A stretch of 14,192 nt of DNA. It comes from Archangiaceae bacterium (GTDB lineage Bacteria; Myxococcota; Myxococcia; Myxococcales; Myxococcaceae). The stretch spans positions 1 to 14,192 of the forward strand of contig JAYVCD010000077.1 in NCBI GenBank assembly GCA_043750125.1, read 5' to 3'. The position numbers and the translations under genes are program-made. Positions 1 to 7,317 of this stretch are shown here, in pieces (the stretch's first letter is position 1; every line of letters starts with the position of its first letter). The notes under the pieces are model-generated. The model had not been told where the DNA came from. It saw only the letters and a list, made by a program, of their open reading frames with translations, and did not search any database.

Positions 1-1
1 C

Positions 2-328
2 CAGCGCCTGGTAGCGGTCGATGGCTTGATCGAAGTGACGCTCGGACAAATCGAGATCCGCAAGCGCGAGCGCAGCGTCGGGGGCCGAGGCGGAATTCGA
101 GGTCACCCGCAGCAGCAGGGCTCGAGCGAGATCATCCCGGCCCTCTTTGCGCCGCAGCTGGGCCGCCAACAACAACGCCCGCCCTGCATCGGCCGCATCG
201 GGGTGAGCCTGAAGGTACCCGTCGAGGCGCGCGAACGTCTCTTCGTGGCTGACCTGTCCCACCTGGGCAGCAATCTCGTCGAGGCTCACCGGGGCGACCG
301 TGAGAATCGACAGCAGCGCGATCATCAC
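2..328 (-). CDS. Exported TPR-like helical-repeat protein (partial, runs off the left edge)
   Basis: Not in the ORF track; translated by hand. GTG at 328 or ATG at 325 overlaps the upstream TGA (325-327). Reads MMIALLSILTVAPVSLDEIAAQVGQVSHEETFARLDGYLQAHPDAADAGRALLLAAQLRRKEGRDDLARALLLRV...APDAALALADLDLSERHFDQAIDRYQAL, open to the edge. Hydrophobic N-terminus; YLQAHPD..A..ALL and ALALADL...FDQAIDRY are TPR-like. Confidence 0.75.
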   Translation of the reverse strand, partial: MMIALLSILTVAPVSLDEIAAQVGQVSHEETFARLDGYLQAHPDAADAGRALLLAAQLRRKEGRDDLARALLLRVTSNSASAPDAALALADLDLSERHFDQAIDRYQAL

Positions 329-696
329 GGCAGCAGATCCAGCGGCACCGGGTGTCGTCCCACCAGCTGGGTGACGTGCAGTGCCGTCGTCAGCACCAGC
401 AACAACCCCAGCCAGGCGATCGCGCGCAGCTCCCAGCGACGCACCGCGGGCTCGTCGAGAACGGGCAAGCGCCACGCCCCAATGGCTCCCACCGCCAGCC
501 CGCCGATCACGGACCACAACAGCCGCCCGTAAAAGTCCATTGCCGCGCCGGTACCGAGGACCCCAAACGCAAACTGGCGCTCGAGGGGCAGGTACCAGAA
601 GAGCGGAACGCGCACGGTCGTGACGAAGAAGTCGGTGGCGAGAAACCCCAGGGCGCCCAGCGTGACGGCCACCGCCTGCCGCGAAGGGCTGCCCAT
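325..696 (-). CDS. Small uncharacterised membrane protein, 123 aa, about 3 TM helices
   Basis: 3' part of ORF 325..903. The likely start is ATG 696, just after the upstream stop at 699-701. Three hydrophobic stretches, with loop LFWYLPLERQF...MDFYGRLLW. Confidence 0.75.
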   Translation of the reverse strand: MGSPSRQAVAVTLGALGFLATDFFVTTVRVPLFWYLPLERQFAFGVLGTGAAMDFYGRLLWSVIGGLAVGAIGAWRLPVLDEPAVRRWELRAIAWLGLLLVLTTALHVTQLVGRHPVPLDLLP

Positions 697-698
697 CT

Positions 699-1166
699 TC
701 AGACGCCCTTCACCGAGGTGATGATCAGCCCCGAGACCGCCACGAATGCCACCAACGCCCACAGCGCCACGGTGCAGACGACCAACAGCCGAAGCAGCGG
801 GCGGCCGGAACCGGCGCTGCGGCCGATCACGAACGCGCACGCCGCCAGCGGGACGGCCAGCGCGGCGAAGTCTTCTTTGATGTCGAAGAGGTTCGAGGCC
901 CACGGCGCCGAGCGATCGAGGAACAGCCCGCGCACGTGAACCCGGTAGTGCGGATACATCAACAAACCCAGGGCCATCGCCGCTGCCAGCAGGGCCGGAA
1001 CCACCTGCGCCTGAATTCGCACCATCGAGGCGGCCCGTGGGCGACCCCGCAGCAGCTGAACCGAGGCGATCGCCAGGTGGGTCGAGCCTCCCAGCAGCCC
1101 GAACCCCACCAGGGCGTGCAGCACCAGCAACCCGCGCGCAGCCCCTTCGAGAAAAACCGGCATCAC
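699..1166 (-). CDS. Uncharacterised membrane protein, ~155 aa, about 4 TM helices
   Basis: Four hydrophobic segments. TM1 carries two His (LHALVGFGLLGGSTHL); loop YPHYRVHVRG...WASNLFDIKE. GTG 1166 or ATG 1163, about 10 nt after the upstream stop. Confidence 0.8.
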   Translation of the reverse strand: MMPVFLEGAARGLLVLHALVGFGLLGGSTHLAIASVQLLRGRPRAASMVRIQAQVVPALLAAAMALGLLMYPHYRVHVRGLFLDRSAPWASNLFDIKEDFAALAVPLAACAFVIGRSAGSGRPLLRLLVVCTVALWALVAFVAVSGLIITSVKGV

Positions 1167-1176
1167 CCCCGCATTG

Positions 1177-2799
1177 TCACTGATTGGGGCCCACCGTCCA
1201 CGAGTCCTGCTGGAGATCTCCGTTGATGTTGAAGATGGTCACCTGCAGTCGGCCGTCGGCCAGCTGGTCAATCATCGCGTAGCCGTTGAAATCAGAGCCT
1301 GCCGCGATCAACGGAGCGCCGCCGATTCCAATCACCAGGTCGCGACCCTGATCCGTCGTCATGTGCTTGTAGGAATGGTCGTGCCCGGTGAGCAGCAGGG
1401 CGAACTTGTGCGCCCGCACGATCGCAATCGACTCGGCGTTGGTCGGGACCGAATTGTCCCCGCTGGGATGATGGCGAGCGACGATGGTGTAGGTCGCCTT
1501 CGAGTCCGCTTCGGCCAGCGTCGCTTCCAACCACGCCGCCTGCCGAGAGTCCCAGCCGTTGTCGGCGATGATCACAAACGTCGCGCGGCCCTTCGAAGTC
1601 TCGATGTTGAACGCGTAGTACGGCTTGCTCGAGACCGGCGCGAGCGCGTTCATGTAGGCCACGTAGTTGGCGTTGGTCGACTCGAGCAGGCACGGCCCGT
1701 GGAAGCACTCGTGGTTGCCCATCGTCATGAACCAGGTGCCCGAGAACCGACTGACCGCCTGGGTGTAGAGCTTCATCTGCGCGGTGGCGAGGGCGAGGTC
1801 GTGGTTGCAGACGTACATGTGATCGCCGAGGTCGAGGCCGAACTGGGCGTTCTTCCTCTGCGCCGCGTCGGCGATCGCCTCGATGATCGGCGTCGGGTAG
1901 TGGCCGGTGTCCTCGCACGCGGGGGGGCGGGTGTCTCCGGTCAAGGCGAAGTGAAGCTTGTCGACGGTGCCGCCGTTCGGGCCGATGCCGCTGCCGCTGC
2001 CGCCTCCAGAACCGCCGCCGGCACCTCCACCTCCACCGGCGCCAGTGTTCGGAGCGACGAACTGGGCGAGCAACGTCAGGTCGGAATAGGCCGCAGTTCC
2101 TTTGAGCACCACGTGCCAGGTCCCCGGGGTGGGGCTGGCGAAATCGCAGGCCTCGGCGTTTCCCACCGCATGGGGCCGGCAATCGAAAGAGACTCCGGTC
2201 GGCACTGCGTCCTGCTTCACGTAGAGGCTCACATTCCCCAGACCGCCTTGAGTGGTGATGTGGAGGTTCTTCGCTCCCGCCGGAACATCAATCACGAAAA
2301 ATTTGTTCGAGCCGGCCGACCCTGCCAGCGCGTTGATCGGCACCCCGTTCAACAAGACGCCCAAGGTGGGTCCGACGGTGGCCGGCTGCAACGTCAGGTC
2401 TCCATGCTCGATGTGGGAGGCAAAGCCGCTCGCGGCCCGAACCTGAAAGCGGGAACTGCCCACCAATGCCGACGATGAAGCGACGAGCTTGAGGTTCGCG
2501 GTGCTGCCCGGCACCAAAGTCGTTGGCTCGAAGACGGCGGTGACACCCTCGGGCAGACCACTGACCGACAAGACCCACTTTCGCGTGCTCGGAACCGCAG
2601 ACAGCAGGGACACTTCGAGGTCTGCGGTCTCGCCAATCGGGAAGGTCAGCGCCGCGGGGCTGAGCTGTACGGCCAACGACAACTCAGAGGTTTGATCTCC
2701 CGTCGTATCGGGGTCCGCGACGACTTCCGCGTTGTTCGCAATGCCACACGAGCCGAGCATTGCGCCAAGGATCAGAAAGGGAAGGGGAAGGGCACGCAT
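1177..2799 (-). CDS. Lipoprotein metallophosphoesterase (calcineurin-like fold, purple acid phosphatase-type motifs) with Ig-like and PPC (pre-peptidase C-terminal) domains
   Basis: Start moved to ATG 2799, giving signal peptide MRALPLPFLILGAMLGS-C (lipobox LGSC). Ig-like segment SVSGLPEGVTAVFEPTTLVPG. PPC domain LLNGVPINALAG...VPAGAKNL...LYVK...FDCRP..GNAEAC...PGTWHV. Gly/Ser linker. Catalytic motifs GDTR, GDHMY, GNHE, VARHHP, GHDH. Confidence 0.88.
   Translation of the reverse strand: MRALPLPFLILGAMLGSCGIANNAEVVADPDTTGDQTSELSLAVQLSPAALTFPIGETADLEVSLLSAVPSTRKWVLSVSGLPEGVTAVFEPTTLVPGSTANLKLVASSSALVGSSRFQVRAASGFASHIEHGDLTLQPATVGPTLGVLLNGVPINALAGSAGSNKFFVIDVPAGAKNLHITTQGGLGNVSLYVKQDAVPTGVSFDCRPHAVGNAEACDFASPTPGTWHVVLKGTAAYSDLTLLAQFVAPNTGAGGGGGAGGGSGGGSGSGIGPNGGTVDKLHFALTGDTRPPACEDTGHYPTPIIEAIADAAQRKNAQFGLDLGDHMYVCNHDLALATAQMKLYTQAVSRFSGTWFMTMGNHECFHGPCLLESTNANYVAYMNALAPVSSKPYYAFNIETSKGRATFVIIADNGWDSRQAAWLEATLAEADSKATYTIVARHHPSGDNSVPTNAESIAIVRAHKFALLLTGHDHSYKHMTTDQGRDLVIGIGGAPLIAAGSDFNGYAMIDQLADGRLQVTIFNINGDLQQDSWTVGPNQ
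1985..2045 (-). repeat. Low-complexity Gly/Ser linker (GAGGGGGAGGGSGGGSGSG)
   Basis: GGC/GGT/GGA/AGC codon run between the PPC and phosphoesterase domains. Confidence 0.8.
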
Positions 2800-2812
2800 G
2801 CCGGGGGACCAG

Positions 2813-2828
2813 TGCGCGTCGCGTGCCA
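2813..2828 (-). promoter_or_regulatory. Putative sigma54 -24/-12 promoter
   Basis: Minus strand reads TGGCACGCGACGCGCA against consensus TGGCACG-N4-TTGCW. GG-N10-GC spacing is exact; 14 nt lie between the -12 C and ATG 2799. Confidence 0.65.
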
Positions 2829-2912
2829 CCCGAAGCGGGCGCAGCCACTCCCGGGCTTCACGATGGAACAAAGGCTTGGCCGCTAGAAAAGGCATTTCCG
2901 CCCTCATCCCAC

Positions 2913-2945
2913 GCAGAGTTTTCAGCTCGCACCGTTCAACTCTGC
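2913..2945. promoter_or_regulatory. 8-bp inverted repeat, candidate enhancer-binding-protein site
   Basis: GCAGAGTT (2913-2920) N17 AACTCTGC (2938-2945), about 85-115 bp upstream of the -24 element. Confidence 0.35.
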
Positions 2946-3110
2946 AAGTCGCCCTGGCGTGACAGGTCCCAACTGATCCAATTCAGGACGCCTCGACAGC
3001 CAATCTTCATTACGCCCGGAAAGTGCGGGGAAAGCAGCCACGGGTGCATGAGCCGAAACGGCTTCCGTGCCTGACGTGGGCGCAGCGGCTGGGGTTCAAG
3101 TCGCGAGATT

Positions 3111-6100
3111 CTAAGGCTGAGCGAGGCCCGCCTGTTCCCGTCGGAACCGCAGACGCACCAGCGACGGCAACACGAACAGGCTCACCGCAGTCGAGACCAG
3201 CAGGCCCCCAATCACCGCGAGCGCGAGCGGACGTTGAATTTCTGCGCCGGCGCCGAGCCCCAGCGCGAGCGGAGCCAACCCCGCGATCGTCGCCAGCGTG
3301 GTCATCAGAATCGGCCGCACTCGAATTCTGCCCGCTTCGATCAACGCCGCATCGACTTCCGGGACAGAGGCGAGCAGTTGCTCGAATTGCTCGAGCAGCA
3401 GGATCCCGTTCTTCACCACCAGCCCGACGAGCAGCACGCACCCCATCAGTGACGAGGCGTTGAGCGGCACCGCAAAGAGCCAGAGGGTCGCGAGCGCCCC
3501 GACGACCGCCAGCGGAGCCGACACCAACACCATCAATGCCAACCGCGCGCGCCGGAACTGAACGAGCAGGACTGCGAAGACGGCGATCATTCCAAACAGC
3601 ATCACCGTCAGCAGCTCGACCAGGGTCGCCTGCTGACCCTCGTACTGTCCGCCGAGCTCGAGGTGATAGCCCTCGGGCAAGGCCAGCCCCTTCAACCGCC
3701 CTTCGATCTCGCGCGCCATCGAGCCGAGATCTCGACCTTCGTGATCCGCGGTGAGGATCACCACCGGGCGAAGGCTCTCGCGCAACAACACCGTCTCGGA
3801 AGAAGACGCCACCGGTGTTGCGACGGTCGAAATGCGCGTCACCGCGTCCTTGCCCACGATCAGCGGCAGCTGGGTGATGCGCTGCGCGTCGAAGCGAACC
3901 TCGTCCGGGTAGCGAACGCGCACCCCAATCGGGCGATCGGCGCGACGAAGCAGCGACGCGACCTCGCCATGAAGCGCCCCATCGAGCGCCTGGGCCACAT
4001 CGAGAGCCGAAGTCCCCGCGCGGGCCGCCGCATCGGGATCAATGCGAAAGCGCAGCTCGGGAGCCGAGCCTTCGAAGCCCGGGTAGAGATCCACCAGGCC
4101 CGGAACGTCATGAATCCGCTCGGCGACCTCCAATGCTTTGGCGCGCAGCACCGCGTAGTCGTCCCCGAACAATTTGACCTCGATCGGCTTGGGGGCACCG
4201 GCCAGGTCGTTGAGCACGTCCTGCAGCACCTGCACGAACTCGGTGCGCGCCTCGGGGATCTCGTGGTTCAGCCGTTCGCGAACCGAAGCGATGACCTCTT
4301 CGGCGGTGCGCTTCCGCTTCGAGGCCGGCACCAACCGAACCATGATGTCGCCGCGATCGAGCTGGGTCGCGGTGGCCGGCCCGAGCTCGGCGCCCATTCG
4401 CCGGGAATAAGTCTGAACCTCGGGCGTGCTCGAGAGAACGGCTTCGATCTTCCGCGCGACGCGGTCGGTGTCGGTCAGCGAGGTGCCCGAAGGCAGGAAG
4501 TAATCGAGCACGAACGCGCCCTCGTCCATCGTGGGCAAGAACCCCGACGGAACGTTCAGCGCGCTCACCGCTCCGAGCACGAGCAGCAGCGCCGCGACGA
4601 GGGGCCCCAACCAGGCCCGACGCAGGAAAGAGCGAATCGCGCGCACGTAGAGCTCGGACACCCGGCTTGGCGCCACGGCCTTCGAGCGCGGCTTCAGCCA
4701 CTTCGCGGCGGCGAGCGGGACGATGGTCAGCGACATCGCCAACGAGATCAGCACCGCCGACGAGAGCGTCACTGCCAGTGCAGAGAAGAACCGACCGACC
4801 ACGCCTTCCAGTCGTGCCAGCGGAAGGAAGACCACGACGGTGGTCAGTGTGGTGCCGACCAGCGCGGCGAGCAGCGCGGCGGTCGCATGGCGCGAGGCCA
4901 GCACCGGAGACTCTCCCGCATCGAGCCTTCGGCCGATTCCTTCGACGACGACGATCGCATCATCGATGACGAGACCGATCGCGACGGCGAGCCCGCCCAG
5001 GGACATCAGGTTGAGGCTCTGCCCCAGCAGCCCCATCGGGAGGAAGGTGGCTCCCAACGTCAGCGGCACGGCCAGCGCGGCCGAAATTCCAGCGCGCGCG
5101 TCGCGAAGGAAGAGCGCGATCACGAAGATGCACAGGGCAATGCCAATCAGAATCGCGTCGCGCACCGACCGGATCGATTCGCGCACCAGCTCGGCCTGGT
5201 CGTAGACGGCGGTGAGGACGACTCCTTTGGGCAGGGTCTTCTGGACGTCGCGCGCGACGTTCATCGCGGCATCCACGACCTCGGGAGTGCTGGCCCCAGG
5301 CAAGCGCGCGATGCTGATCAACACCGTCTCGCCGCCGGGGCCCGACACGCGCAGCAGCCGGTCTTCGGCGCCTTCGATGATCGAAGCGATCGCCCCGAGG
5401 AGAATGGGGCTGCCGTTGGCCCCGACCGCGACGGGAATCTGCTTGAGGTCTTCGATCCCCGCGGGCTCACTGGAAGCCATCACCGTGACCAGCGCGTGGG
5501 CCTGCTCGAGCCGCCCCACCGCCATCAGCACCGTCTGTCGTTTGAGCAAGTCGATGATCTGCTGGGGGCCGAGGTGAAGCGCGGCGGTCTTCTCGGGATC
5601 CAGCACCACCTCGACCTCGCGGACGTCTCCCCCGAGGACGTCGACGCGACCCACTCCGCGCACGCGCGAGAACGCCGGCTTGAGCACCAGCTCGCCCAGC
5701 TCGTTGAGGCGCCGGGGGTCGATGTTCCCGGTGAGGTTGTAGGTGAGGATTGGGAAGGAAGTGGTGGTCAGCCGTTCGACGGTGACCTGGGTCTCGGAAG
5801 GAAACGAGGTGCGCGCCTCGGCGACGCGGGCCTCGGTCATCTGCAGCGCGCGCCACATGTCGGTGGCCGGTGCGAACTGCATCGACACCTCGCACGCCCC
5901 ACGAATCGTCTTGGATCGAATGCGCTCGACGCCGAGGACAGTAGCCAGCGATTGCTCGAGCGGCCGGGTGAGCGAAAGCTGGGTCACGTCGGGAGGAGCG
6001 TCCCCTGCGCGAGCCACCACCACGATGCGGGGGAACTCGACCTCGGGGTAGATCCCACTGGGAAGACGCATCGCCACCAGCGTTCCACCCAGCGCCAGCG

Positions 6101-6158
6101 CCGCCGCTCCGAACCAGATCAACGTGCTGCGCTGCCGCATCCACTCGAAAGGATTCAT
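3111..6158 (-). CDS. Efflux RND transporter permease subunit (AcrB/CzcA superfamily), 1015 aa
   Basis: Full RND architecture. N-terminal TM then YPEVEFPRIVV. TM4 GLVIDDAIVVVE, GFLPTMDEG, TM10 GLVVKNGILLLE, TM11 RVRPILMTTLATIAGLAPLA, EIQRPLALAVIGGL. Confidence 0.97.
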   Translation of the reverse strand: MNPFEWMRQRSTLIWFGAAALALGGTLVAMRLPSGIYPEVEFPRIVVVARAGDAPPDVTQLSLTRPLEQSLATVLGVERIRSKTIRGACEVSMQFAPATDMWRALQMTEARVAEARTSFPSETQVTVERLTTTSFPILTYNLTGNIDPRRLNELGELVLKPAFSRVRGVGRVDVLGGDVREVEVVLDPEKTAALHLGPQQIIDLLKRQTVLMAVGRLEQAHALVTVMASSEPAGIEDLKQIPVAVGANGSPILLGAIASIIEGAEDRLLRVSGPGGETVLISIARLPGASTPEVVDAAMNVARDVQKTLPKGVVLTAVYDQAELVRESIRSVRDAILIGIALCIFVIALFLRDARAGISAALAVPLTLGATFLPMGLLGQSLNLMSLGGLAVAIGLVIDDAIVVVEGIGRRLDAGESPVLASRHATAALLAALVGTTLTTVVVFLPLARLEGVVGRFFSALAVTLSSAVLISLAMSLTIVPLAAAKWLKPRSKAVAPSRVSELYVRAIRSFLRRAWLGPLVAALLLVLGAVSALNVPSGFLPTMDEGAFVLDYFLPSGTSLTDTDRVARKIEAVLSSTPEVQTYSRRMGAELGPATATQLDRGDIMVRLVPASKRKRTAEEVIASVRERLNHEIPEARTEFVQVLQDVLNDLAGAPKPIEVKLFGDDYAVLRAKALEVAERIHDVPGLVDLYPGFEGSAPELRFRIDPDAAARAGTSALDVAQALDGALHGEVASLLRRADRPIGVRVRYPDEVRFDAQRITQLPLIVGKDAVTRISTVATPVASSSETVLLRESLRPVVILTADHEGRDLGSMAREIEGRLKGLALPEGYHLELGGQYEGQQATLVELLTVMLFGMIAVFAVLLVQFRRARLALMVLVSAPLAVVGALATLWLFAVPLNASSLMGCVLLVGLVVKNGILLLEQFEQLLASVPEVDAALIEAGRIRVRPILMTTLATIAGLAPLALGLGAGAEIQRPLALAVIGGLLVSTAVSLFVLPSLVRLRFRREQAGLAQP

Positions 6159-6196
6159 TCCCGTTCCCGTTCCCGTTCCCGTTCCCGTTCCCGTTC
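6158..6196. repeat. Hexanucleotide microsatellite (TTCCCG)6 plus a partial copy
   Basis: Six perfect copies at 6158-6193 followed by TTC. The last A of the minus-strand (CGGGAA)6 is the A of the RND ATG. Confidence 0.95.
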
Positions 6197-6202
6197 ATCC
6201 CG

Positions 6203-6230
6203 AGAGCAGTCGAGGGAAGAGCAGTCGAGG
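6203..6230. repeat. 13-bp direct repeat AGAGCAGTCGAGG x2, period 15
   Basis: Copies at 6203-6215 and 6218-6230 in the MFP-RND spacer. Confidence 0.8.
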
Positions 6231-6246
6231 AAAGCCGCCGCGCGCC

Positions 6247-7317
6247 TCATTCGAGCTTGTCCCCATCGGCGAGACCCAACACCGGTTGAACGGCGACCTG
6301 GGCATCCGCGCCGAGCTCCTCACCCTTCACCTCGACCGCCCCCGCAGCGGTAGGCCCGACCTGGACTTTGAGCACGTGCAGCACCTTGTCCGTCCCGCAC
6401 ACCACGACTTCGCCCTCGGTGCCGCTGACATTCCTCAGCGCGGCGACCGGCACCACGGTCACCTGGTGCGCGTCCCCCAGCGCGATGCGCGCCGTGCCGA
6501 ACAGGCCGACCGGGGGCAACTTCGTCTGCGCCGCATCCAGCCGGACCCGCACCGTCCCCAGGCCGGTCGCGCGATCCACCGAGGGCGCCACCAGCGAGAC
6601 ACTTCCGGTGAAGCTCGCCTCTGGCATCCCCGGGAACACCAGCGTCGCTTTGGCGCCTCGGGTGAGGCGAACCAGATCCTGGGCGGGGACATCGGCGGCC
6701 AGCTCGAGCTGGGTGAGGTCGGCGATCTCGAGCACCGCGGTCGCCGGCGTCCCGTCGACCAGCTCACCGGCTTTGCGCAGGACCTTCAAGACGACGCCAT
6801 CGAGCGGGCTCTTCATCAACGCGCGGTCGACTTGCCGATGAGCCTGGCGCGCGCTCGCTTCGGCTTCCACCGCGGCGGCCCTGGCAGACGCGAGGTGCGC
6901 CACCGCATCATCCGCTTCCTGCCGCGGAGCGATTCCCCGTTCGACGACATGAGCGATGCGTTGCTGGGTGGTCTGCGCGTTGACCGCTTCGGCGGTCGCG
7001 CGGCTGAGCACCGCGTCTGCCTGACGAACCGCGTCTTCCAGCGCCGCGGCATCGACCCGCGCGACGAGCTGACCCTTCTTCACCTCGTCGCCTTCACGCA
7101 CGTCGACGCTCAACAATCGACCGGCGATCTGCGGAGCCAGCTGGGCATCTTTGTCCGGCAACGGCGCGATCGTCCCCCGCACCTCGATTCCCTCTTGAGT
7201 CGAGCGCGTCTTCACCTGCGCGCATTCCACTTTTCGCGGCTCGGCCGCGGGCTCTTCTGGCGCAGGCCGTTTGCACCCCGCCAGCACCAGCAACAGCAAC
7301 CACCCGTTACGGCGCAT
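6247..7317 (-). CDS. Efflux RND periplasmic adaptor (membrane fusion protein), lipoprotein
   Basis: Start ATG 7317: MRRNGWLLLLVLAG-C lipobox. Lipoyl half-motifs (AGRLLSVDVREGDEVKKGQLVARVD; MKSPLDGVV...GELVDG) flank an alpha-hairpin. The start overlaps the TolC stop. Confidence 0.95.
   Translation of the reverse strand: MRRNGWLLLLVLAGCKRPAPEEPAAEPRKVECAQVKTRSTQEGIEVRGTIAPLPDKDAQLAPQIAGRLLSVDVREGDEVKKGQLVARVDAAALEDAVRQADAVLSRATAEAVNAQTTQQRIAHVVERGIAPRQEADDAVAHLASARAAAVEAEASARQAHRQVDRALMKSPLDGVVLKVLRKAGELVDGTPATAVLEIADLTQLELAADVPAQDLVRLTRGAKATLVFPGMPEASFTGSVSLVAPSVDRATGLGTVRVRLDAAQTKLPPVGLFGTARIALGDAHQVTVVPVAALRNVSGTEGEVVVCGTDKVLHVLKVQVGPTAAGAVEVKGEELGADAQVAVQPVLGLADGDKLE

Noticed and set aside
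1174..2478. 434-aa plus-strand ORF and 296-aa alternate minus frame
   Set aside because: Both overlap the well-supported phosphoesterase and show no recognisable domain.
2800..2907. Longer start for the phosphoesterase
   Set aside because: It would bury the lipoprotein signal peptide and span the sigma54-like promoter.
5467..6198. 243-aa ORF beginning MNGNGNGNG
   Set aside because: Produced by the hexamer repeat and an alternate frame of the RND gene, so not credible as a protein. Kept only as a possible upstream ATG effect.
6158..6230. Repeats considered as a CRISPR array
   Set aside because: Units are 6 and 13 bp with no unique spacers, and there are no cas genes.
3663..6353. 896-aa plus-strand ORF
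   Set aside because: Antisense shadow of the RND gene. Rich in R/H/G/Q with no motifs, as expected from high-GC codon bias.
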